Below, piece by piece: positions 39,724-50,024 of a DNA stretch of 64,000 nt (the stretch's first letter is position 1; every line of letters begins with the position of its first letter). Origin of the DNA: Candidatus Cloacimonadales bacterium (GTDB lineage: Bacteria > Cloacimonadota > Cloacimonadia > Cloacimonadales > JAFGVF01). The stretch covers positions 192,001-256,000 of the forward strand of contig CAXXOU010000004.1 in NCBI GenBank assembly GCA_963677495.2. The letters run 5' to 3'. The translations under genes and the position numbers were made by a program. The notes beneath the pieces are model-generated. The model made no database searches, was not told where the DNA came from, and saw nothing but the letters and a program-made list of their open reading frames with translations.

Positions 39724-41562
39724 ATGTGCGGAATAGTAGGATATATAGGTAATAAGAATGCTGTTAAAGTATCAGTTGATGCCTTGAAAAGACTTGAGTA
39801 TAGGGGATATGATAGCTCAGGCGTAGCGACTTTACAAAAAAATAACTCACTTTTCATTGCTAAGAAAAAGGGTAAGATAAAGGAGTTAGAGAAGGAACTG
39901 ATCAGTTCTGACTTTAAATTATCAGAGTTAGCAATTGCTCATACAAGATGGGCTACACACGGTGAACCCAATGAGATTAATGCTCATCCTCACAGTGATT
40001 GTAGTGGTAAAGTAGCTCTTGTACATAATGGAATTATTGAAAATTATAAAGCACTTCGAAAACGATTAGAGGGCGAAGGTTGTGTTTTCATGTCACAGAC
40101 AGACACGGAAGTGTTAGCACATTTAGTTGGCTACTTTTATAAAGAAGGTGTTGAACTTGTTGAAGCTGTTCAATCAGCCCTCAAACTTGTCGAAGGAACT
40201 TATGGGATAGCTGTAATATCTCCTAATGAACCGGGGAAGATCGTTGCTGCACGTAAAGGGTCACCACTTATTCTTGGAATTGGAGATGATGAACATTTCA
40301 TCGCATCTGATGTGAACGCAATTATTATCCATACTAAGAGAGTTATCTACCTGCAGGATGAGGAAGTTGCTGTAGTTACAAATGATAGTTTTGAACTTTC
40401 AACCATACACAATGAATCACTTCAACCTAAAATCTCTGAAATTGACTGGGATGCAACAGATAGCGAGAAAGGTAACTTCAAACACTTCATGCTTAAAGAA
40501 ATATTCGAACAATCAATTACAATTAGACATGCATTCCGTGGACGATTGATTGAGTCATTAGCTACTGCCAGACTTGGTGGTATGAATATGACTTTGCCTG
40601 AGTTACAGAAGGTCAAGAAGATAATCTTGATTGCATGTGGAACATCTTACCATACCTGTATTCTTGGTAAATATCTGCTTGAAAAGATGGCAAGAATGCC
40701 TGTACAGATTGACTATGCGAGTGAGTTCAGATATAGAAATCCAATAATCCAGGAAGACACGATTGTCTTTGTAATAAGCCAATCTGGTGAAACTGCTGAT
40801 ACTATTGCTGCTTTACGTGAAGCAAAAGCGAAAGGAGCACGTGTACTTGGTATTACGAATGGTATCGGTTCTACAATAGCACGAGAAACCGATGGTGGTA
40901 CTTATATCCATGCCGGAACTGAGATTGGTGTTGCTTCGACTAAAGCTTTTACCTCGCAAGTAACAATTCTGTATCTCTTAGGTATCCTCTTTGGTAGAAT
41001 GAGAAATCTGTCTCATGTGGATGGTTTGCACTATATGGAAGAACTTAAGAAGATTCCTGAAAAAGTAGAGTCTATTACGAAACAATCTGATAAGATTAGA
41101 GAAATAGCAAAGAAGATTGTTGATTCTAAGAATGCATTATTCCTTGGTCGTGATGTACATTTCCCTGTTGCCCTAGAAGGTGCTTTGAAACTGAAAGAGA
41201 TATCATATATCCATGCAGAAGGTTATCCGGCAGCAGAGATGAAACATGGTCCTATCGCACTTATTGATGAAGAGATGCCGGTTATTGCGATTGCTATGAA
41301 AGATGTGCTTTATGATAAAGTGTTCTCTAACTTGCAGGAAGTGAAAGCCAGAAAAGGTAGATTATTTACAATTGCTTCAGAAGATGATGATCAATTGAAG
41401 TCAATCTCAGAAGAAGTTATCTATATCCCTCATACAATCCATGAGCTTCAGCCGTTGTTATCTGTGATTCCATTGCAACTACTGGCATATCATGTGGCTG
41501 ATTTGAGAGATCTTGATGTGGATCAACCACGTAACTTAGCAAAGTCAGTTACTGTAGAATAG
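39724..41562 (+). CDS. glmS: Glutamine-fructose-6-phosphate aminotransferase
   Basis: MCGIVG start, LEYRGYDS, HTRWATHG, SQSGETAD, PRNLAKSVTVE. Confidence 0.98.
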   Translation: MCGIVGYIGNKNAVKVSVDALKRLEYRGYDSSGVATLQKNNSLFIAKKKGKIKELEKELISSDFKLSELAIAHTRWATHGEPNEINAHPHSDCSGKVALVHNGIIENYKALRKRLEGEGCVFMSQTDTEVLAHLVGYFYKEGVELVEAVQSALKLVEGTYGIAVISPNEPGKIVAARKGSPLILGIGDDEHFIASDVNAIIIHTKRVIYLQDEEVAVVTNDSFELSTIHNESLQPKISEIDWDATDSEKGNFKHFMLKEIFEQSITIRHAFRGRLIESLATARLGGMNMTLPELQKVKKIILIACGTSYHTCILGKYLLEKMARMPVQIDYASEFRYRNPIIQEDTIVFVISQSGETADTIAALREAKAKGARVLGITNGIGSTIARETDGGTYIHAGTEIGVASTKAFTSQVTILYLLGILFGRMRNLSHVDGLHYMEELKKIPEKVESITKQSDKIREIAKKIVDSKNALFLGRDVHFPVALEGALKLKEISYIHAEGYPAAEMKHGPIALIDEEMPVIAIAMKDVLYDKVFSNLQEVKARKGRLFTIASEDDDQLKSISEEVIYIPHTIHELQPLLSVIPLQLLAYHVADLRDLDVDQPRNLAKSVTVE

Positions 41563-41578
41563 ATAAAGTAAAAATTAT

Positions 41579-41606
41579 AAAAGGCCCGTGAAATTCGGGC
41601 CTTTTT
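41579..41606. terminator. Bidirectional terminator
   Basis: AAAAGGCCCG-tgaaatt-CGGGCCTTTTT. Confidence 0.8.
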
Positions 41607-41620
41607 ATATTGTTAAAGTA

Positions 41621-42103
41621 CTAAAGTAATTCAGTTAGTTGTCCTGTCTCAACATCAACTTTGATCAGTTCAACTCCAGCTTCTTTCATCATCTCTTCAG
41701 CAAGTTGATCATTATATGGCTCTGCGATGTATACTTTTCTAATCTCAGAATTGATAATAATCTTAGCACAGATACTACATGGTTGGTTTGTACAATAAAG
41801 CTCTGCACCTTTAATTGAGTGCCCGTTTACCGCTGCTTGAATGATAGCATTTTGCTCAGCATGGACTCCTCGACACATCTCATGTCTTTGTCCGGAAGGG
41901 ATATTCATCTGTTGTCTGAGGCAACCTGTTTCGGAGCAATGTCTTACTCCTTTAGGTGAACCATTATAACCTGTTGATAGTATCTGGTTGTTGCGGACAA
42001 TCACTGCACCAACTTTGCGTCTTGTGCAGGTTGAGCGTTCGGAAGCTAAATAAGCCATTTTCATAAAGTATTGCTGCCAATAAGGACGTTGTTCTGACAT
42101 CAT
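41621..42103 (-). CDS. dCMP deaminase (ComEB family)
   Basis: [30 protein letters not shown]. Confidence 0.92.
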   Translation of the reverse strand: MMSEQRPYWQQYFMKMAYLASERSTCTRRKVGAVIVRNNQILSTGYNGSPKGVRHCSETGCLRQQMNIPSGQRHEMCRGVHAEQNAIIQAAVNGHSIKGAELYCTNQPCSICAKIIINSEIRKVYIAEPYNDQLAEEMMKEAGVELIKVDVETGQLTELL

Positions 42104-42181
42104 GTACCCCTTTTTCGTGATGTGATAAGCATAACATCATTTATAACTTGTCAAGTGGCAATTCAAACAAATTCTGGAATC

Positions 42182-43426
42182 ATGAATAAGATACAGAAAC
42201 CAAAACTTGATTTACATGGCACCATAGAACTTGAAGGCTCAAAGTCAATCCTGCAAAGACTGATTCTCATATCGCTTTTCTTAAAAGATGAACTAAGAGT
42301 TACTAACTGGAGTAGCTCCAATGATGTAACTGAGATGTCTAAAGCAGTTGGAGTTGAGTCCACAGAGAAAGATGTACTCCTCTCAGTTTCATGTTTACAG
42401 GATACTATACACATTGATGAGTCAGCCACAGCGTTGAGATTCTTAGTTACTTATGCATCACTCAATGAAGGAAAGAAAACATCAATCACAATGGGGAAGA
42501 GGTTAGCAAAAAGACCACATGATATCCTCTTTGATTTACTGAGAAAGCTTGGAGCTGCTATTGATGTTATAGATTGTAGAATTGATATAGTAGGTTCTAA
42601 ACCTACTTTGAAATCAATAGATGTTCCTGCTAATGTTAGCAGTCAGTACATATCTGCTTTATTACTCTGTGCTCCATTATTCGAAAACGGTCTCACATTC
42701 AAACTCATCCCTCCGATTGTATCAAAAAACTATATCGAACTTACAATTGCCTTAATGACAACTTTTGGTATCACAGTCAGTTATGAAGAGAATGTGATTA
42801 CTATCCCACCAAAGAGTAATTATAAAGATATCAATAACTTCACTTGTGAAGCAGACCTTTCCTCAGCCATATACCCCCTTTGTGTCGGACTTTTCTCAGA
42901 AAAGGGAATTGGAGTCACTCCTATCTCTAATCACACGAAACAACCCGATTTTGTCTTCTGGAAGCTACTTTCAGATGCCGGTGCTGATATAAAACTTCAT
43001 TATAGAGAAGATAGTGAGGAAGCAGTGCTCATTTCTAAACTTACAGATTATGATGGGTTTACCTTTGATGCAATGAGAGCCCCGGACCTCGTACCTGCAT
43101 TGGCTCTACTCGCTTTGTTCGCTGATACAGAGTCTATGATTACGAATGTAGATTATCTTAAGAATAAAGAATCAAATAGAGTTGTAGGCATTGTAAATAA
43201 CTTCAAACTCTTAGGTGCTGATATAGAATATAATGATAGCACTTTGACTATTCAACCTCTATCTGATAACCCAAATAGCGTAACCTTAGATACACAAAAC
43301 GACCATCGATTAGCAATGGTATTTTATATCATTACTCTTATGTTTCCACAAGTTAGCATAAATGAAAGAGATTCTATAGGGAAGTCATACCCACACTTTA
43401 TAGATGATATTGCAAATTTAAAGTAA
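42182..43426 (+). CDS. aroA: 3-phosphoshikimate 1-carboxyvinyltransferase (divergent)
   Basis: GSKS..QR, SSQYISALL, PDLVP, KESNR, DHRLAM, KSYP. Confidence 0.85.
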   Translation: MNKIQKPKLDLHGTIELEGSKSILQRLILISLFLKDELRVTNWSSSNDVTEMSKAVGVESTEKDVLLSVSCLQDTIHIDESATALRFLVTYASLNEGKKTSITMGKRLAKRPHDILFDLLRKLGAAIDVIDCRIDIVGSKPTLKSIDVPANVSSQYISALLLCAPLFENGLTFKLIPPIVSKNYIELTIALMTTFGITVSYEENVITIPPKSNYKDINNFTCEADLSSAIYPLCVGLFSEKGIGVTPISNHTKQPDFVFWKLLSDAGADIKLHYREDSEEAVLISKLTDYDGFTFDAMRAPDLVPALALLALFADTESMITNVDYLKNKESNRVVGIVNNFKLLGADIEYNDSTLTIQPLSDNPNSVTLDTQNDHRLAMVFYIITLMFPQVSINERDSIGKSYPHFIDDIANLK

Positions 43427-43430
43427 TTAG

Positions 43431-43462
43431 AAAAAGGCAACTCAAAATTGAGTTGCCTTTTC
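43431..43462. terminator. Bidirectional terminator
   Basis: AAAAAGGCAACTCA-aaat-TGAGTTGCCTTTT between convergent genes. Confidence 0.85.
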
Positions 43463-43479
43463 AAATTAAATAGTTTCGA

Positions 43480-44424
43480 TTACAAAGTAATAATTGTACC
43501 TGTCTTACCTTCTAAAGCTTCGGTAAGGTACTCATGAGAAGTGATGATAACTCTTTTACCACCTTTCTCAAGGTAATCAACTGCTGCTAAAATCTTTGGT
43601 CCCATACTACCTTTTGGGAAGTGACCTTCAGCGTGATAGCGTTTTGCATCTTCAGTGTTAAGAGTAGATAGCTCTTCCATCTCAGGCTTACCCCAATTGA
43701 TAGCAACTTTCTCAACACCGGTAAGGATGATAAGTGTATCAGCTTCGATCTGGTTCGCAAGAAGAGCAGAAGCAAAGTCTTTATCGATAACTGCATCCAC
43801 ACCTTCAAGGGTTTGGTTGTTTTCAACATATACAGGAATACCACCACCGCCACAAGAGATAACGATAGTACCGTTTTCCATGAGAGCTTGAATTGCTTTA
43901 GCAGGAATAATATCTTTTGGTTTTGGTGAAGGAACAACCTGACGCCATCCACGGCCTGCATCTTCAGTCATTGACCAGCCATATGCTTCTTGAAGATCTT
44001 TTGCTTGTTCTTCAGTATAGAAAGGACCTACCGGCTTAGATGGATTGCTCATACTTGGATCGTTCTTATCCACAACAATCTGTGTAAGGATTACTGCAAC
44101 CTCAGGTTCAAGACCTGCATTCTTAAGAATATTCTGTAAGCTTTGGTCAATCATATAACCCATTGTACCTTCGGTAGCAGCATTAAGAACGCCTAAAGGA
44201 AGTGGTGCAACACCACGGTCGATACCTGCGTTTTGTTGAATAAGCATGTTGCCAACTTGAGGTCCATTACCATGAGAGATAGCAATCTGGTAACCCTCTT
44301 TAATAAGTTTAGCGATACCATTAAGACTTTCACGAGTATTAGCGAACTGCTCTGTGATAGTTCCTTTTTGTCCGGCTTGGATAATAGCGTTTCCGCCGAG
44401 AGCCAAAACGATTTTCTTATTCAT
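43480..44424 (-). CDS. arcC: Carbamate kinase
   Basis: ALGGNA, HGNGPQVG, GGGGIPV, AVIDKD, GSMGPKI. Confidence 0.96.
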   Translation of the reverse strand: MNKKIVLALGGNAIIQAGQKGTITEQFANTRESLNGIAKLIKEGYQIAISHGNGPQVGNMLIQQNAGIDRGVAPLPLGVLNAATEGTMGYMIDQSLQNILKNAGLEPEVAVILTQIVVDKNDPSMSNPSKPVGPFYTEEQAKDLQEAYGWSMTEDAGRGWRQVVPSPKPKDIIPAKAIQALMENGTIVISCGGGGIPVYVENNQTLEGVDAVIDKDFASALLANQIEADTLIILTGVEKVAINWGKPEMEELSTLNTEDAKRYHAEGHFPKGSMGPKILAAVDYLEKGGKRVIITSHEYLTEALEGKTGTIITL

Positions 44425-44514
44425 ATTATTCTCCTGATACTTTTATTTCTGAAAAGCAAAGTAGGAGACGGTTAAATCTCCTACTTTTAAATATCTATAA
44501 GCTCTACTTATCTG

Positions 44515-45834
44515 TTAGTAGCCTCTTTCTTTGAGTAACTCAGCAAGAGTTGGTTTTCCAATCTCCTGAAGATCATAACTAACACGAGTAGATGGCTGAT
44601 CGATTTTCACAATTCTTCTCAGATCGATTGGAGTACCGATTACAACTGCATCGCACTCAGTCTTTCTGATTGTTTCTTCGAGATCTTTAATCTGCTGTTC
44701 ACCATATCCCATTGCTGGAAGAAGAACACCAACTTCAGGATATTTCTCAAATGTTTCCTGAATCTCACCAACAGCCCAAGGGCGAGGATCAACGAGGTCT
44801 GCAGCACCGCATTTCTCAGCAGCTACAACACCTGCACCATAAGCCATTTCGCCATGTGTGAGAGTTGGACCATCTTCTACAACAAGCACATTCTTGCCAA
44901 GTAATAATTCAGGATCTTCTACTGTAAGAGGAGAAGCAGCTTCTACAATCTTAGCTGTAGGGTTGATAGCACGGCAGTTTTCGCGTACTTCCTGAATATC
45001 ATCAAGGTCAGCTGAGTCGATTTTATTGATAACAATAATATCAGCTAAACGAACGTTTGTTTCGCCAGGATAGTAACTGATTTCATGACCAGGTCTATGT
45101 GGGTCAACAACAACAATGTTAACTTCTTGATCTGAAGTATAGAATGGTGTGTCATTATTACCACCGTCCCAGATGATTACATCAGCTTCTTTCTCAGCTT
45201 CACGCACGATTGCTTCATAGTCAACACCGGCATAAATGATGCTTCCCATTGCAATGTGTGGTTCATACTCTTCCATCTCTTCGATAGTACATTTGTGCTT
45301 TGCAAGGTCTTCAATTACTTCAAAGCGTTGAACTTTCTGAGCTACAAGGTCACCATAAGGCATTGGATGACGGATAGAAACAACCTTTTTACCTACGCTC
45401 TTAAGATAGCGAACAACGGCTCTAGTTGTCTGACTCTTTCCGCAACCTGTTCTAGCTGCACAAATAGTGATAAGTGGTTTAGTTGTTTTAACGCGACCAT
45501 GTTTTTCACCCATAAGCATGAAGTCAGCACCGGCTGCATTAACCATAGCAGCATTATGCATAACTCTTTCGTAAGGGAGATCACTATATGCAAGTACAAC
45601 GATATCTATATCATGTTCCTTAATAAGTTCTGGAACTTTTGCTTCAGGCAGAATTGGAATACCATTCGGATAAAGTTTTCCCGCTAAAGCAGCAGGATAT
45701 TTTTTGTCATCTATGCCCGGAATCTGAGTTGCAGTGAATGCGATTACATTATACTCCTCATTATCTCTAAAGTAATTGTTGAAATTGTGGAAATCTCTTC
45801 CCGCAGCGCCCATAATGATAACTTTCTTTTTCAT
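44515..45834 (-). CDS. arcE: P-loop protein of the cDPG-synthetase-like family; probable arginine synthetase
   Basis: IMGAAGRDFHNFN, RTGCGKSQT, RHPMPYG, EEYEPH, WDGGNND, EDGPTLTHG; directly upstream of arcC. Confidence 0.72.
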   Translation of the reverse strand: MKKKVIIMGAAGRDFHNFNNYFRDNEEYNVIAFTATQIPGIDDKKYPAALAGKLYPNGIPILPEAKVPELIKEHDIDIVVLAYSDLPYERVMHNAAMVNAAGADFMLMGEKHGRVKTTKPLITICAARTGCGKSQTTRAVVRYLKSVGKKVVSIRHPMPYGDLVAQKVQRFEVIEDLAKHKCTIEEMEEYEPHIAMGSIIYAGVDYEAIVREAEKEADVIIWDGGNNDTPFYTSDQEVNIVVVDPHRPGHEISYYPGETNVRLADIIVINKIDSADLDDIQEVRENCRAINPTAKIVEAASPLTVEDPELLLGKNVLVVEDGPTLTHGEMAYGAGVVAAEKCGAADLVDPRPWAVGEIQETFEKYPEVGVLLPAMGYGEQQIKDLEETIRKTECDAVVIGTPIDLRRIVKIDQPSTRVSYDLQEIGKPTLAELLKERGY

Positions 45835-46207
45835 GGAAACTCCTTTCTAAATGGATTTCCACCAAAAGTGGGGTTCAAAGATAATCAGTCAAGAAAAATT
45901 TAGGTTATTTCTTGGCAATATCTTTTTTGACTTTTTTTGGGGTCTCCTATCAGGCTCTTTATAGCTTATAATGCAAGAGTAGCCTAATTGATTGGGATTG
46001 AAATATGTACGTGATTTATGCTTAAGTGAGTATGCTACAGGATAGATGCAATAAAGGTATGTATTGGACCAATTAAATCAGCTCATCTTTTACCCAAAAC
46101 AAACTCATTAGCAATTTTTTTTATCAACTTCTCTTCAACTATTTAATCAAAAGACATCTTTCAACCTGTTCTTTATATAACATCAATCTCTCACTGCTCC
46201 CTCTATG

Positions 46208-46339
46208 CTCAGCATTAATTCCTGTGAGACACTTGGGTAACCCTTGGGAAACACTTGGGTAATCCTTGGGTTAATTACCAAGGGATAACCAATTTATTAT
46301 TAAGTTAGAATTGATTAGCAAGCAGTTGTTAATGCTGAG
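46208..46339. repeat. 132-bp palindromic element (copy E, homologue of copy C in reverse orientation)
   Basis: CTCAGCATTAA...TTAATGCTGAG ends; CTTGGG at 46232, 46243, 46254, 46265; CCAA at 46278, 46289. Confidence 0.8.
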
Positions 46340-46487
46340 GGAAGAGAGAGGGATAAGGGATAATTTGAGGTGCAAGCCCTTTAGTGTTTTTGATACCAGC
46401 CCTTTGGAAATATAACAAAGACATGTAGCCCTATAGGGGCGAAAGACAACCAACAACAATTATCGTAACATTCCATCTAAAATCATC

Positions 46488-46625
46488 TTACCCCCATTCA
46501 ATAAAGATATGACAAAGATTATATATTTATCCACAACTTGTGACTAACTTACTGCTTTGAGTAAGTGAGTAGTAAGAGAGTAGTAAGTGTGAAGTAAGAG
46601 AGAAGTAAGAATTGAATGGGGGTAA
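46488..46625. repeat. Inverted-repeat-bounded element with DnaA box and GTAAG 11-bp array (copy F)
   Basis: Perfect 15-bp IR TTACCCCCATTCAAT/ATTGAATGGGGGTAA; TTATCCACA-act-TGTGACTAA 46527-46547; GTAAG at 46561, 46572, 46583, 46594, 46605. Confidence 0.82.
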
Positions 46626-46684
46626 TCGTAGGAACATAAAATGCTATTTCTCCCGATTTTCCAATGACCAACAAAAGCATAATG

Positions 46685-46770
46685 TTTATATCCATCCCTT
46701 ATCCAACTTATAAGATTCCTATATGTTTATATAGGTTTCATATAAGAGACATATAGGGAACTTTTAGGGA
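46685..46770. repeat. Inverted 11-bp-period array CYTATA/TATARG (copy G)
   Basis: Cores at 46685, 46696, 46707, 46718, then 46730, 46741, 46752, 46763. Confidence 0.65.
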
Positions 46771-46859
46771 TTATGTGTCCGTTGCTCCTGTGCCTGACGG
46801 GAGATTGGAGGAATAAAATCATTTAAAATTGTGTTGGGATTATATGATGAAGATGTTCG

Positions 46860-47060
46860 TTAGGGTGACCCCTTTAGGATCAGGTTTGTTTTTATTCCCG
46901 TCCATAAGCTAAAGCCTATGGCTATTATTGGGTTATCCTTGTAGGATAAATGGGCTGCAATGCCCTTAGATAGAACCCTAATTGGGTTCACCAATGTTAG
47001 CCACAGGTTTCAACCTGTGGAATATGATAAAACAATAATTCAATCCTAAATGGATTGCCC
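46860..47060. repeat. REP-like multi-hairpin element
   Basis: Short hairpins GAACCC-taatt-GGGTTC, TAG-CCACAGGTT-tc-AACCTGTGG, CAATCC-taaat-GGATTG, plus an inverted partner set upstream. Confidence 0.6.
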
Positions 47061-47198
47061 ATTTATCCCTTGCTGATGAAAATCAATAGTGTCATTAAGG
47101 TATAATACAATTTCTTTCTTGCCATCTCGAAACCATATCTTAATATTTGCCTTAACAGATAATAATACTCAATGCAGGAGATTTAAGGGTGTTTATTT

Positions 47199-49211
47199 AT
47201 GAGACTTAAAAGATTAGATTTGAATGAAAATGATGTAGAGGATTTTGGATTAAGTACGATCAGAAGTAAAGAACTAGGACATGTGATTGCATTAGTAGGT
47301 GAAAATGGTGCTGGAAAATCTAGATATTTGAATGCTATCGAAAAACAAATTAAAAATATAAAAACTCCTATATCTTTGATTGATAAACTGTTTAAGCTTA
47401 ATAGGAGTTATGCTAGAGATGCTGATAACTACCAAAAAGCAATCAATACAATAGGTAGAGAAGAAATGGAAATTAGGCTTTCATATTTACGTTCTGAAGA
47501 ATATGAACACAATATAAATCATCAATCAGAAATTGATGAGATTGAGAGAATTCTGGCAGACAATTATGATTTGCCAACTTTTAGCAATACAGAAGAAGCT
47601 GAAACTTTCGAATCTAATACTAAGCAAGTAGTAGTTGACTTTGTTAAAAAGAGATTAGTTGTTATTAAGCATGAGGATATTGTCAATCTACATCAGCAAA
47701 TGAAAAACCCAAAAGTAGGACTTAACGATATTTTAGACAAAGCCAATATTAAAAAGGATTTCAATAAGTTGTTTGAGTCTGTTCTAGAAGATGGATTGAC
47801 ATTTTTTCAAGGCTTAGGCAATGACCTTGCAATGCATCAAATTTTGGAGAGAGAAGACCCCAGAAAAAGTGAGTTCAAAAAGAAAGAAGCTCAATGTGAT
47901 AAACTAATTGGACTGACTAGAGAATTTTTGGATAAGGATTTATCATGGGAGAGAGAAACTTTGAATCATGAACCTAGTCATGAGGGATACAAGCTTTCTG
48001 TAAAAGGTGCATGGTGTTTGAACGGTTACAAGTTCAACTATACTGATTTATCAGAAGGAGAGAGAGTATTGTTTTGTATAGTTTTAATACTTTTCCTATG
48101 TAGCTCAAACTCGGAAGCATCTGCATCTGAATCTATTATATTTTTTGATGAGCCAGAATTGAATTTACATCCTAAAATAGCTATGCGCTTGATAAACAAG
48201 CTTTCTGAACTAATTCAAAATGAAGGACAGTTAATCATAGCAACCCATTCTTTACCAATTATTGCGAATTTGGATTATCGATCAATCTTCATGGTTGATG
48301 ACAACAAAATATACAACCCATGTGCACCCAATATTCCAAAAACTATTAATAAATTGATGGGATTTGAAAATGAAATCATCAGACTTACAGAGTTTCTAAA
48401 GTCACCTGCGGCATGGGCAATGAACAGCTTTCTTGTTGAGTGTTTAACACACCCAAATGAGATAAAAGATATTAAAAAAAACGATCCTGAACTACTTGCA
48501 TTGATTCAAACAATAAACAAAGAATCGGTTAAGATATTGGATTTTGGGGCAGGACAAGGTAGAATGCTTATCGGGTTAAAAGAGCATGAAGAATTTTGGA
48601 AGAAAGTAAAATATGATTGTTATGATCATGAGGGAGAAAATGAGGAATTACTTAAATCTTTGGGAGCAAAAAATGTTATCAATAAACAACATGATCTACC
48701 AGAGAGGAATTATGATATAGTTTCTTTAATAAATGTATTACATGAAGTAGATGTGCTTGAGTGGGGTTGCCTTCTTACTAAGATAAAAAATTGTTTAAAG
48801 GATGATGGACATTTAGTCTTAATTGAAGACTCAATGATCCCTATAGGAGAGTTACCTTGTGATAATGGTTATATTATTCTTTCTGAAATTGAGCTGAAGA
48901 CACTCCTTGGTAAAAAGGCAACAAGAGTTTCTCTAAAGGATACAGTAAAGAGTGATTACGATGATAGGATTGTATGTGTATCGATTTCAAAAGCGTCAAT
49001 GAACAGTTTTGATTCAGAAATAGTGCGAGAAACTTTGCTTGAGTTAAAGAAGAACACTTTCAGAGAAGTAAAAGAATTTTACTCGAAGGAAGATGAGAAA
49101 CCATTGAACAAAGAATCTGTTAGGGATGGTCGTAATTTTGCTAGAAAAGCTATACTACATACTAATAGTATTATCGCATTAGAAAAGCTAACGAAAGCAA
49201 TGAAAATATGA
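47199..49211 (+). CDS. ABC/AAA_21-type ATPase fused to a class I SAM-dependent methyltransferase domain
   Basis: GENGAGKS Walker A, LSEGE signature, FFDEPELNLHP Walker B/D-loop, ATHS; C-terminal ILDFGAGQGR, YDIVSLINVLHE, LKDDGHLVLIE. Confidence 0.85.
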   Translation: MRLKRLDLNENDVEDFGLSTIRSKELGHVIALVGENGAGKSRYLNAIEKQIKNIKTPISLIDKLFKLNRSYARDADNYQKAINTIGREEMEIRLSYLRSEEYEHNINHQSEIDEIERILADNYDLPTFSNTEEAETFESNTKQVVVDFVKKRLVVIKHEDIVNLHQQMKNPKVGLNDILDKANIKKDFNKLFESVLEDGLTFFQGLGNDLAMHQILEREDPRKSEFKKKEAQCDKLIGLTREFLDKDLSWERETLNHEPSHEGYKLSVKGAWCLNGYKFNYTDLSEGERVLFCIVLILFLCSSNSEASASESIIFFDEPELNLHPKIAMRLINKLSELIQNEGQLIIATHSLPIIANLDYRSIFMVDDNKIYNPCAPNIPKTINKLMGFENEIIRLTEFLKSPAAWAMNSFLVECLTHPNEIKDIKKNDPELLALIQTINKESVKILDFGAGQGRMLIGLKEHEEFWKKVKYDCYDHEGENEELLKSLGAKNVINKQHDLPERNYDIVSLINVLHEVDVLEWGCLLTKIKNCLKDDGHLVLIEDSMIPIGELPCDNGYIILSEIELKTLLGKKATRVSLKDTVKSDYDDRIVCVSISKASMNSFDSEIVRETLLELKKNTFREVKEFYSKEDEKPLNKESVRDGRNFARKAILHTNSIIALEKLTKAMKI

Positions 49212-49235
49212 TGCAAAAACATGTAGGAGTATAGA

Positions 49236-49979
49236 ATGATTAGAGAAGGATTTATAATAATGATGGATATACTTGGATACAAAGATTTTGTTACAAAGAA
49301 GTTCGATTATAATGATTTCTTTGATGTATGGAGAGATTTAAAATATACTATCGAATCAAGTCAAGAAACCATTAAAAAGAGAATCCCTAGCTTTGATATT
49401 TACATTACTGGTTTCTCGGATACTTACTTTATCTGCATCTCTTTTCAAGATAGGTTTGTTAAAGAAAATACTGACGATATAGAGTATTGTTTTCTATTTA
49501 TAAACCATTTTCTGCCTGAGTTATTGCATAAATCGCTGTTAAGTAAAATCTACCTTAGAGGTGCAATAAGTTTTGGTGAATATGCTATTGATACAGAAAA
49601 TAATATAATAATAGGTGAAGCCTTAAATGATGCTGCAGAATGGTGTGAATCTACCAATTGGATGGGAATAATCTTATCCCCAAGTGCTGCGATTCAATTA
49701 GAAAAAGTGATGAAGCGTCCTGATGGTGATGGAGAATCATTGCATAGAAAGGCATTAATACTTAGTATGTATGCAACCTACCCAATCCCATACAAAAATA
49801 ACAATTACGGAAGTAAGTATGCGTTTAACCTTTTAGCTCCTTTTCCATTTACAAGTGCTAGTTTCTTTCTAAAAGAGCTAAGGAAAAAGTTTAGTGAAAC
49901 AGTTAACTCTCATAGTGAAGATAAATATAAGAACACGATGAAGTTTCTTGAGTTTTGTCTAGAAAAGATAGAGAAGTGA
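49236..49979 (+). CDS. Divergent class III nucleotidyl cyclase-like protein
   Basis: MDILGY, FSDTYF, LRGAISFGE, GEALNDAA...E, GIILSPS; AGGAG RBS, 24 bp after the ATPase stop. Confidence 0.6.
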   Translation: MIREGFIIMMDILGYKDFVTKKFDYNDFFDVWRDLKYTIESSQETIKKRIPSFDIYITGFSDTYFICISFQDRFVKENTDDIEYCFLFINHFLPELLHKSLLSKIYLRGAISFGEYAIDTENNIIIGEALNDAAEWCESTNWMGIILSPSAAIQLEKVMKRPDGDGESLHRKALILSMYATYPIPYKNNNYGSKYAFNLLAPFPFTSASFFLKELRKKFSETVNSHSEDKYKNTMKFLEFCLEKIEK

Positions 49980-50024
49980 GACAATTAGGAATTGGGCATG
50001 GTCTAAACTATATCCTTAATAAAT

